DNA of 49,713 nucleotides from an uncultured Bacilli bacterium (GTDB lineage Bacteria; Bacillota_I; Bacilli_A; RF39; UBA660): NCBI GenBank assembly GCA_910585335.1, contig CAJUCU010000004.1, positions 2,828 to 52,540 of the forward strand, read 5' to 3'. Shown piece by piece: positions 29,087 to 36,386 of this stretch (position 1 is its first letter; each line of letters starts with the position of its first letter). The notes under the pieces were generated by a model. It saw only the letters and a program-made list of their open reading frames with translations, ran no database searches and was not told where the DNA came from. The position numbers and the translations under genes were made by a program.

Positions 29087-29401
29087 TTATTTTATAATAG
29101 TTTCTTCACAGTTACTTAAGCGATTATCTCCATCAATATGAAGAATCTTGCCTGGTAAATAAAAATATTCACTTCGATCCAAACTTAAATAATTACGATT
29201 CTTTTCAATAATAGCTTGATCTGCTTCTTCTATATTATCATCCAGTGTTTCTATTTTTAAATCGTCCAAAAGGCTATCGGCATAAAGACGTAAATCAACT
29301 CCCTTTAATATTGCAACATTCCCCTTGATTTCCATCACTTTAAAATAAATATCATTATTATGAGAATTCCTACTAACAATATCACCAATTTTTAAATTCA
29401 T
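29087..29401 (-). CDS. yabG: 5' segment of split yabG (92 native codons plus 12 element-derived codons and a stop)
   Basis: MNLKIGDIVSRNSHNNDIYFKVMEIKGNVAILKGVDLRLYADS...YFYLPGKILHIDGD parallels the B. subtilis YabG N-terminus (MQFQIGDMVARKS...MPGKVLHLDGD, recalled). After DGD it reads NRLSNCEETIIK*. Confidence 0.85.
   Translation of the reverse strand: MNLKIGDIVSRNSHNNDIYFKVMEIKGNVAILKGVDLRLYADSLLDDLKIETLDDNIEEADQAIIEKNRNYLSLDRSEYFYLPGKILHIDGDNRLSNCEETIIK
29127..29134. repeat. Right copy of the 8-bp junction core TCTCCATC (attR-like)
   Basis: Identical to 14792-14799 and lies in the DGD codons of the yabG 5' segment. Confidence 0.8.
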
Positions 29402-29441
29402 CTCATCATCTCCACCTAAATATATGTAAAAAACAAGATAT

Positions 29442-30251
29442 TTAGAAGGAAAAATATGATTCTGTTAAAGCATTACTAAGGTCTACAAATACTTCTACTG
29501 GCAAATTTTCTGCTCTCACACTCAAATCATAACCATATTTTTGTAAGACAGATAAAATAATATCTAAATTATACTTTTTTAAATTATTGCGTAACGTCTT
29601 TCTTTTAAATTGAAAAGAATCACGAACAATGACAAAAAAGAAATCTAAATCTCTAACTTTAAGCTTTTCTTTTTTAGGCGTCAAAGAAACAACTACACTA
29701 TCCACATTTGGTGCAGGAACAAAATTTGTCCTATCTACATTAAAAAGTTTTTTAACATCATAAAAATAGTTCAAATAAACAGAAATAGAACCATAACTTT
29801 TAGAACCAGGAACACTACTAAATCTTTCTCCCACTTCTTTTTGTACCATCATAACAATATTAGAAAAAACAAGAGAAGAAGATATAATCTTCATAAGAAT
29901 AGGCGTTGTAATATAATAAGGAACATTACTAACAAAATACAAATAATCATAAGAAAAGTTTTCTAAATCTTTTACAATATCTGCTTGTAAAAAATCACCA
30001 TACTTGATTAAAATATTAGAATAACCAGAAAGATTCTGTTCAAGAAAGTCTTTTAATTCTAAATCAATCTCATAACAAAGCACCTGTTTAGCAGTTTCTG
30101 CCAAATATTTCGTTAATACACCTTTACCAGGACCTACTTCAATCACACAAGAATTAGCTTGAATAGAGGCACTATCAGCAATTCGTTTTAATACATTCTC
30201 ATTCTTTAAAAAATTCTGACCATATTTCTTTTTAAAATTAAAATTATCCAT
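29442..30251 (-). CDS. rsmA: 16S rRNA (adenine1518/1519-N6)-dimethyltransferase
   Basis: KKYGQNFLKNENVLKRI, VIEVGPGKGVLT and NVPYYITTPIL. I place the start at ATG 30251 behind GGAGGTGGTG. Confidence 0.9.
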   Translation of the reverse strand: MDNFNFKKKYGQNFLKNENVLKRIADSASIQANSCVIEVGPGKGVLTKYLAETAKQVLCYEIDLELKDFLEQNLSGYSNILIKYGDFLQADIVKDLENFSYDYLYFVSNVPYYITTPILMKIISSSLVFSNIVMMVQKEVGERFSSVPGSKSYGSISVYLNYFYDVKKLFNVDRTNFVPAPNVDSVVVSLTPKKEKLKVRDLDFFFVIVRDSFQFKRKTLRNNLKKYNLDIILSVLQKYGYDLSVRAENLPVEVFVDLSNALTESYFSF

Positions 30252-30336
30252 ACTATTCACCACCTCCACTATAACACAGAAAAAAAAGCAGAACAATCAT
30301 TATTAAAAACATAGTAAAAGAAACAAAAAAAACAAG

Positions 30337-30792
30337 TTAAATCACTTGTTCTACAATTTCTTTTTTCTTCTTTCTAGATTTTCCAGTAAACATAAAGAAA
30401 ATATTAGAAATAGATAATCCATATAACATAATTTTCATAAACGGAATAAAATAGTCAAAATAATTAAAATTAATATTACGTCCTAATTGCTCTCTTAAAA
30501 CCATATTAGAATCATACATAGCTCTTAATCCTACAAGAATAATAGTAGTAAAAACTAAAGTACAGGTAAGATTATAAAAAATATTTTTAGTTACAGACTC
30601 TTGTTTAGCAAAAAGATTAACAACAAACAATAAAATAATGATTAAATAAGGAAGAAAAACTTTAACTGATTCCATTATATTTTTTCCAAGTCTTCGATAC
30701 ATTTGAACTATAATAAATAAAGTAAGAGCAAAAGATGCTATAAAAAGTAAAAACTTTAAAAAATAGAACAACCCATTAAAAATCTGTTTCAT
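30337..30792 (-). CDS. Small polytopic membrane protein (151 aa, ~4 TM segments)
   Basis: Start ATG 30792 behind GGAGGGG. It overlaps the upstream stop as ATGA. Confidence 0.5.
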   Translation of the reverse strand: MKQIFNGLFYFLKFLLFIASFALTLFIIVQMYRRLGKNIMESVKVFLPYLIIILLFVVNLFAKQESVTKNIFYNLTCTLVFTTIILVGLRAMYDSNMVLREQLGRNINFNYFDYFIPFMKIMLYGLSISNIFFMFTGKSRKKKKEIVEQVI

Positions 30793-31490
30793 GCTACCCC
30801 TCCAGTCACATTCATATACCATTTAGATAACTCTAACAAAAACTTAGAAGCTTCTTCATAAGAATTTAATATTTCATAATAACTTTCACTAGTAACATCA
30901 AAAATATTATCTCGAGAATCTTGATTACCAAAATAATAATTACTGTTATTTTTCATATTAGAAGAGATAAAACGTGTACTTTTTGCTAAAGAATCAGACT
31001 CAAGTTTGATAAAAGGAGCAATCATTCTAATAGAATTAGACTTAAACTTAAACTCATTTCCTTCCTTAAAAGTAAGTGGATAAAGCTGTTTTAATACACA
31101 TTCATTAATAATATTTTGTTGAAATAAAGCTTCCAGATGATAAATATCAGAAATAGAAATTTCTTGTTTATTAAGTATACTCTTTAGTCTATCATCCTCA
31201 AAAGCATCAGCACATAAATTTAATCTAGATTGAACAGATAATAGCTCATAACCATTTTCGCTTCCAGTATAATGATTGATATCATAAGCCATTATATTTT
31301 TTCTCACTTCTGTAACATTAGAACTAAGTCTAGTGCTAACCTCATCTACATAAGGAGTCTTGGCAACTTTAATACTCACTTCTTTATAATGATAAAAATT
31401 AACAAAAAGCAAAAAGAAAGAAAGACCAAAAACCAATCCTGCAAAAGTATATCCAATAATTTGACTATATTCTCCTAATATTTTTTTCAT
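30789..31490 (-). CDS. Hypothetical protein with an N-terminal TM anchor (233 aa)
   Basis: One TM segment (IIGYTFAGLVFGLSFFLLFVNF), then a soluble domain. It begins 2 nt after the preceding stop and is coupled to the next gene. Confidence 0.55.
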   Translation of the reverse strand: MKKILGEYSQIIGYTFAGLVFGLSFFLLFVNFYHYKEVSIKVAKTPYVDEVSTRLSSNVTEVRKNIMAYDINHYTGSENGYELLSVQSRLNLCADAFEDDRLKSILNKQEISISDIYHLEALFQQNIINECVLKQLYPLTFKEGNEFKFKSNSIRMIAPFIKLESDSLAKSTRFISSNMKNNSNYYFGNQDSRDNIFDVTSESYYEILNSYEEASKFLLELSKWYMNVTGGVA

Positions 31491-31492
31491 AA

Positions 31493-32035
31493 TTACTCTC
31501 CTTTATTAACTGGATGAATCGCAATTTTATAATGATATGTTTTATTTTGCCAATTATTAGCATTAAATGGAATCCAAATACGTAAACTATAATTATTTGT
31601 TTTATGAGCATCAATAACTCTAGTGTCTAATACATTATTCTTAACTTTAGAAAGTAAATCACTAGCAACCACTTTTCCATTCAAAATAAGTTCATATTTC
31701 AATTGATCTCTTGGCAGTAAATCAACAGATTCATAACCATCACTATCTTTTTTAACACTGTCTTCAATTAAAACCTCATAGCGACCATCTACATCACTAT
31801 TATTACTAATATCAAAAGAATAAGCTGGAACTTTCTTAGCCTCTTGATCAGTTTGAGGAACTAAATTTTGAATATCTACTCCCTTACCACGATCTTTCAT
31901 AGAAATGGTTAAATTGGTAACAACTACTTTATCTGTTTTAAAAATCTGATACCAAAAAAAGGAAGTGGCAACACAGAAAACAAACAAAACAATACCAGCA
32001 ATAACTAATTTTAACTCAAACTTATTTTTTTTCAT
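31493..32035 (-). CDS. Membrane-anchored third paralog of the TasA-like pair (180 aa)
   Basis: I start it at ATG 32035 (MKKNKFELKLVIAGIVLFVF) behind AAAGGGGAAG. It shares TNLTISM and the C-terminal YSLRIWIP motif with the two upstream paralogs, but lacks their AxA-AF cleavage motif. Confidence 0.6.
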   Translation of the reverse strand: MKKNKFELKLVIAGIVLFVFCVATSFFWYQIFKTDKVVVTNLTISMKDRGKGVDIQNLVPQTDQEAKKVPAYSFDISNNSDVDGRYEVLIEDSVKKDSDGYESVDLLPRDQLKYELILNGKVVASDLLSKVKNNVLDTRVIDAHKTNNYSLRIWIPFNANNWQNKTYHYKIAIHPVNKGE

Positions 32036-32933
32036 GCTTCTTCTTCCCCTTTCTAAAGAAATTGGTATTTTGATTATCATCACCATCATTGGATTCAAAA
32101 TCAATATAATCGACATTCTGTTCTTCTTCATCTTGAATATCAGAGAAAGTAGAATGACCATCATCATCTATCTCTGTAATAATTTCAATCTCAGCATCTG
32201 TTTCAGGCTCTTTGCTATCTTCTTTTTCTACATCCGCAATGATTTCTACCTTGCTAGCCTTACGCTGCTTCTTCGTCATAAAATGTTCTTCTTTACGCTT
32301 TATCTTTTTTACAACAGACCTTCTAGCAGTCTTAAATATTTTTACAATCTCAAAAGCAATAATAGCTAAACACGGAACAACGATACAAATAATCCAACCA
32401 TAAGATTGAGATAGAAAATACTGTAAATAACCAATCTTAGGAATCTTTAAGAAAACGCGACCATCCACATTATCTTCATTAACTAAAGCATCATCTGGCG
32501 TATTATTGTTATCCCCTTTAGTACGGAACAAAAGCTTTCCATCATCCGCTTTTACTACATCAATAATCCTATGAGTAACAGTAAGACCTGCATATCTAGA
32601 ATCAGTAGAAACAAAGGTTATAATATCTCCTTTACGAAGTTTTTCAGCAGGAACATTTTTAATAACAACTGCATCCTGTACCTTTATTGTTGGAACCATA
32701 CTGGGACTAATAATAACATAAGCACCATAAAGTGGTTTATAATTACCTTTTGATATATTTTTTACATAATCCAGTGCATAAGTAGAAAACAATACACCAA
32801 GAAATACCATAATCAAAATAATAGAATACAAAAATACTTTTGCTATAAAATTATAAATTCGCTTTAGAATTTCGAATACAGTGGGCCTTTTACTCTGATC
32901 TATAACAGCATCTTCATATACGCTATCACTCAC
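32022..32933 (-). CDS. sipW: SipW-type (ER/archaeal-type) signal peptidase I with a 103-aa acidic C-terminal extension
   Basis: VIISPSMVPTI (Ser box), GDIITF, TVTHRIIDV (His box), TKGDNN and a second TM segment. GTG start behind AGAGGGTGG. Confidence 0.8.
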   Translation of the reverse strand: MSDSVYEDAVIDQSKRPTVFEILKRIYNFIAKVFLYSIILIMVFLGVLFSTYALDYVKNISKGNYKPLYGAYVIISPSMVPTIKVQDAVVIKNVPAEKLRKGDIITFVSTDSRYAGLTVTHRIIDVVKADDGKLLFRTKGDNNNTPDDALVNEDNVDGRVFLKIPKIGYLQYFLSQSYGWIICIVVPCLAIIAFEIVKIFKTARRSVVKKIKRKEEHFMTKKQRKASKVEIIADVEKEDSKEPETDAEIEIITEIDDDGHSTFSDIQDEEEQNVDYIDFESNDGDDNQNTNFFRKGKKKHEKK

Positions 32934-33045
32934 TATGCCACCCTCTTTCTATTATTCTCTATACTAAAGCTATAATACCACATTTAGCAATAAAAATAAA
33001 GAAAAAAAATATCACAACTGACATTATACAATGAATAAATATAAC

Positions 33046-33070
33046 AAAAAAAGAACATCTTTCGATGCTC
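33046..33070 (-). terminator. Rho-independent terminator between the TasA-like genes and sipW
   Basis: Minus-strand GAGCATC-GAAA-GATGTTC (one G-U pair) followed by T7. Confidence 0.65.
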
Positions 33071-33082
33071 CATTCATTATTA

Positions 33083-33694
33083 TTAAGCTGCTTTACCATA
33101 AACATTAACTTTTACAGTATAAGTTTGAACTAAATTCTCATTTACAGTAGCAGTACTTGATAACCACATTCTTAAACGGAAATTATCAACAGTTGTACTT
33201 GAATGAGTTCCAGAATATAAAATCATAGAACCAGCAGGAGTACCTAGATCACTATCATAACTTATCGCAGTATAAGCTTTAGGCTCCATTACTGAAGTAT
33301 GAGTAGAACCAGTCTTCTTCTCTAAATATAATCTTACATCTGAATCAGCAATAGTAGAACCACGATCCTTTACAGCTGCAATTTCATACTGAATAGTTGC
33401 AGAACCAGAAATGGTAGATGATACAGTGAAATCGAATTTTTGATTATCTGCACTTAATACCTTTCCAGCTTCATCCTCAGTAGGTAATGCATTAGTAATA
33501 TAAATACCATTGGTATCCTCTGAATATGTCATAGAAATAGTACCTGTACTAATCGTATTCTCTTTTGTACCTGTTCCTGTAAATGTAAATGCTGCAAATG
33601 AAACTCCAACTACAGCAACTACAAGAATAGCAACTCCTAATACTGACAATAAAATCTGTTTTGAAGAATTATCTCTTCCATTATCATTACTCAT
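33083..33694 (-). CDS. TasA/camelysin-like secreted protein with a SipW-type signal peptide (203 aa)
   Basis: Signal ...VVAVVGVSFA|AFTFTGTGTKENTISTGTISMTY resembles TasA ...WA|AFND......F.SGTLDL. Beta-rich mature part. C-terminal FRLRMWL motif. Confidence 0.65.
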   Translation of the reverse strand: MSNDNGRDNSSKQILLSVLGVAILVVAVVGVSFAAFTFTGTGTKENTISTGTISMTYSEDTNGIYITNALPTEDEAGKVLSADNQKFDFTVSSTISGSATIQYEIAAVKDRGSTIADSDVRLYLEKKTGSTHTSVMEPKAYTAISYDSDLGTPAGSMILYSGTHSSTTVDNFRLRMWLSSTATVNENLVQTYTVKVNVYGKAA

Positions 33695-33717
33695 TGTTTA
33701 TCCTCCTTACTATTATC

Positions 33718-33745
33718 ATTATACCATACAATAAAATTCATGCAA
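33718..33745 (-). promoter_or_regulatory. Candidate promoter for the second TasA-like gene
   Basis: Minus-strand TTGCAT, 16-nt spacer, TGgTATAAT (extended -10). Confidence 0.5.
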
Positions 33746-33768
33746 GCATTTTTTATTTTTTTTTACAC

Positions 33769-34398
33769 TTAAGCACTTGCCTTGACATGGACTTTCATCT
33801 GGAAACTTTTTGTAACATCATGAACAGTATAATCCTCTGACACCCAAATTCGTAAACGATACCGATGAATACCTGCACCATAGTCAAATTTTCCATAATG
33901 AAGTCTTCTACCATTTTGATCATGATCTGCAACTGGTAAACTTTTAAACGTTGGAACTACCCCCGTATAACCACTCATAGCTTCTTCTGTATCCGCATTG
34001 GTTAAATAAACTTTAACATATTGTGAGTCCATCTCATCTTCCCCTAGAGAATCAGAAACGGCATATATCTCATAATTAACAGCAGTTCCTGTAACAGAAC
34101 TAGAAATAGAAAAATCAAAATAACCATTATTAATACCTTTTTCTAAATCAGACTTTGCTAATACCTTTCCGACAGAATCAGAAATAGGCTCTGCATTCAC
34201 TAAAGAAATACCATTTGATTCTTCATAATAACTAAATTCAACTGTACCAGTTGAGAGTTTATTTTCTGTGGTTCCTTGACCCGTAAAATTAAAAGCAGCA
34301 TATGTCACTCCTATAACAGTTATGACTAAAAGGATCACTGTTACAATGGAAACAATAATCTCTCTTGTATAAGGCCCTTTTTCTGCTACATCTTCCAT
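33769..34398 (-). CDS. TasA/camelysin-like secreted protein with a SipW-type signal peptide (209 aa), paralog of 33083..33694
   Basis: ...VITVIGVTYA|AFNFTGQGTTENKLSTGTVEFSY, with a C-terminal YRLRIWV motif. Confidence 0.65.
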   Translation of the reverse strand: MEDVAEKGPYTREIIVSIVTVILLVITVIGVTYAAFNFTGQGTTENKLSTGTVEFSYYEESNGISLVNAEPISDSVGKVLAKSDLEKGINNGYFDFSISSSVTGTAVNYEIYAVSDSLGEDEMDSQYVKVYLTNADTEEAMSGYTGVVPTFKSLPVADHDQNGRRLHYGKFDYGAGIHRYRLRIWVSEDYTVHDVTKSFQMKVHVKASA

Positions 34399-34518
34399 TC
34401 TATCTAGCCTCCTATATTCTTCATATTAGCACAACAGAAGAAAAAAAACAAGAAAGATTTCTACTCCAAAAATAGCCAAACAAAAAGAATACAGTTCTCA
34501 TGTACCCTTTTTTTTACT

Positions 34519-35133
34519 TTAAAAACCCATTCTAAGAATATCATATTGAATATTATTCTGAGTATGCATTCCTTGCATATTTTTTTCTGTTTCAAACAAT
34601 AAATCAAGATGTTTTCCTTTAACACCGCCACCACGATCCATAACAATCGCAATAATAGGCTCATTATATATACTAATATTGTGAATCCGCACCACACTAC
34701 CACAAGGTAAACTGCGATCTGCTGCTACAACACGAATTTTTCCATAAGAAGCATCATTAAAATAAATATTTCCATTTTGAAAGTTCTGTCGTGGACGACA
34801 AGCACTATTGCCACCACAACCTTTACAATCAGGACCATAACCAGTAATTTTGCCAACAAAAGAGGCTTCCTGACCAGTTTGAAAGACTGCAATTGCTTCT
34901 TCCAATGTATCGTATATAAGAGGAACTAATGGTTTTTTAGATTCTAACAAAGAGTGATATTGATCAGCCATACGAACTGCCTGAATAGATTTCGTATTAT
35001 TAGCATTATAAGTCGTAATAGACATTTTTTTATTACCAGAAGCAACAATCATTAACAAGACAAAACAACAACAAACACCAAATATATAAGAGCAATACCG
35101 ATAGATTCTCTTCTTCCTTTTTCGCTTTTCCAT
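34519..35133 (-). CDS. 3D-domain (RlpA/MltA-like double-psi beta-barrel) cell-wall protein, YabE-position homolog
   Basis: N-terminal TM segment. TGYGPDCKGCGG...GKIRVVAADRSLPCGSVVRI...AIVMDRGGGVKGKHLDLLF. It follows tatD, as yabE does in Bacillus. Confidence 0.7.
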   Translation of the reverse strand: MEKRKRKKRIYRYCSYIFGVCCCFVLLMIVASGNKKMSITTYNANNTKSIQAVRMADQYHSLLESKKPLVPLIYDTLEEAIAVFQTGQEASFVGKITGYGPDCKGCGGNSACRPRQNFQNGNIYFNDASYGKIRVVAADRSLPCGSVVRIHNISIYNEPIIAIVMDRGGGVKGKHLDLLFETEKNMQGMHTQNNIQYDILRMGF

Positions 35134-35170
35134 AGCCCACCTCTATTATAGGTAAATGGTAGCACAACGT

Positions 35171-35932
35171 CTAAGAAAAGTCAAATAATGAAGTAGCATT
35201 ATGCGTAGTTATCTTCATTACTTCTTCTAAAGAAACCTGCTTAATTTCTGCAATCTTAGAAGCAATAACAGGAATATATTTCGAACTATTCTTCTCTCCT
35301 CGATAAGGAGTTGGCGCAAGATAAGGACTATCGGTTTCTAATACAATATGAGAAAGATCAATACTAAAAAGTACTTGAGGCAAATGACTATTTTTAAAAG
35401 TAAGAACACCACCAATTCCAAGAAGAAAGCCCATCTCAATATACTCACGAGCAGTCTCCAAACTTCCTGAAAAACAATGAATAATTCCTTTCACATGATG
35501 CATTTTTAAAATATCAATCGTATCTTTAGTCGCATCTCTAGAATGGATAATAACAGGTAAATGAAATTTTTCTGCTAACAACAATTGTTGTTCAAAAAGA
35601 TTTTTCTGCTCGATGATATTTTCTTTACCATAATGATAATCAAGACCAATCTCACCAATTGCCACTACTTTTTCATTATCTAGCTGTCTCTCAAGAGTTT
35701 CCAAGTGAGAATTAGAAACAAGAGATGCTTCTGATGGATGAAAACCCAAAGACAAATAAACATCCTCATACTGCTTAGCAATTAAAACCGCTTCCTGAAA
35801 AGAATCAATCTCACAACCAGAAATAACAATTTTTCCAATATTACTATCTCTATTTTCTTTCACTACTAAATCAATATCATCATAATATTCTCTAGATAAA
35901 TGACAATGTGTATCAATAAACATAAAAGTCAC
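35171..35932 (-). CDS. tatD: TatD-family metal-dependent DNase/hydrolase
   Basis: FIDTHCHL, GEIGLDY, IIHSRDA, HCFSG and ETDSPYL. Confidence 0.9.
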   Translation of the reverse strand: MTFMFIDTHCHLSREYYDDIDLVVKENRDSNIGKIVISGCEIDSFQEAVLIAKQYEDVYLSLGFHPSEASLVSNSHLETLERQLDNEKVVAIGEIGLDYHYGKENIIEQKNLFEQQLLLAEKFHLPVIIHSRDATKDTIDILKMHHVKGIIHCFSGSLETAREYIEMGFLLGIGGVLTFKNSHLPQVLFSIDLSHIVLETDSPYLAPTPYRGEKNSSKYIPVIASKIAEIKQVSLEEVMKITTHNATSLFDFS

Positions 35933-36030
35933 CTTCCCATCAAAATGTAATATACATACTATTATACATTATATATTCTCTTTTCTCTATATTCTGCTTA
36001 ATACTGGATAGTAGAATCACAACTGTTTTC

Positions 36031-36060
36031 GAAAAAAAAATATCATTAATTAATGATATT
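36031..36060 (-). terminator. Rho-independent terminator
   Basis: Perfect 22-nt palindrome AATATCATTAATTAATGATATT followed by T8 on the minus strand. Confidence 0.7.
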
Positions 36061-36062
36061 AA

Positions 36063-36299
36063 TTACTTCTTTAATTTCCACCTATGGATTTTAATTCTAA
36101 GATAACAATAAGTAACTACACCTAAATAAAGAATATCTAAAATATTCCACTTTTGAGAAATCAATAAAACTAAAAATCCAGCTACCACAAGATAAAAAGT
36201 ATTGATATTAGCAAGCTTAATTAAAAACTGTGGTATATATTGTTGTGGTGTATCTTCCATCATTCGCCATTCCTTTCCTAAAGTTTTTACTACAACCAC
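36063..36299 (-). CDS. Possible small two-TM membrane protein (78 aa, or 66 aa from ATG 36263)
   Basis: Hydrophobic segments, an SD-like GGAAAGGAA before the internal ATG ATG, and a terminator directly downstream. No family recognised. Confidence 0.35.
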   Translation of the reverse strand: MVVVKTLGKEWRMMEDTPQQYIPQFLIKLANINTFYLVVAGFLVLLISQKWNILDILYLGVVTYCYLRIKIHRWKLKK

Positions 36300-36386
36300 A
36301 CTACCATTTCATAGTAACAAAAAACAAAGAAAAAAGAAACACTAAATATTTCCTTTTTCTGTAAAATTGACAACTTTATATAAAAT

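Larger units (their letters stand above)
14797..29131 (-). mobile_element. 14,335-bp intervening element inserted in yabG (serine-recombinase type, skin-like, non-phage cargo)
   Basis: Bounded by the direct 8-bp core. It contains two large serine recombinase genes at one end. Its deletion joins the yabG halves in frame. The boundaries are placed at the dyad centre of the core (TCTCC|ATC). Confidence 0.8.

Noticed and set aside
14797-29131. Considered whether the insert is a prophage (as with SPbeta or skin), or an ICE/transposon of the Tn4451/Tn5397 type.
   Set aside because: No capsid, tail, terminase, lysis, relaxase, T4SS or resistance genes. The insert holds only the recombinases, one tiny ORF and the two surface-protein genes. 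I therefore call it a minimal intervening element. An origin as a decayed phage or IME cannot be excluded.
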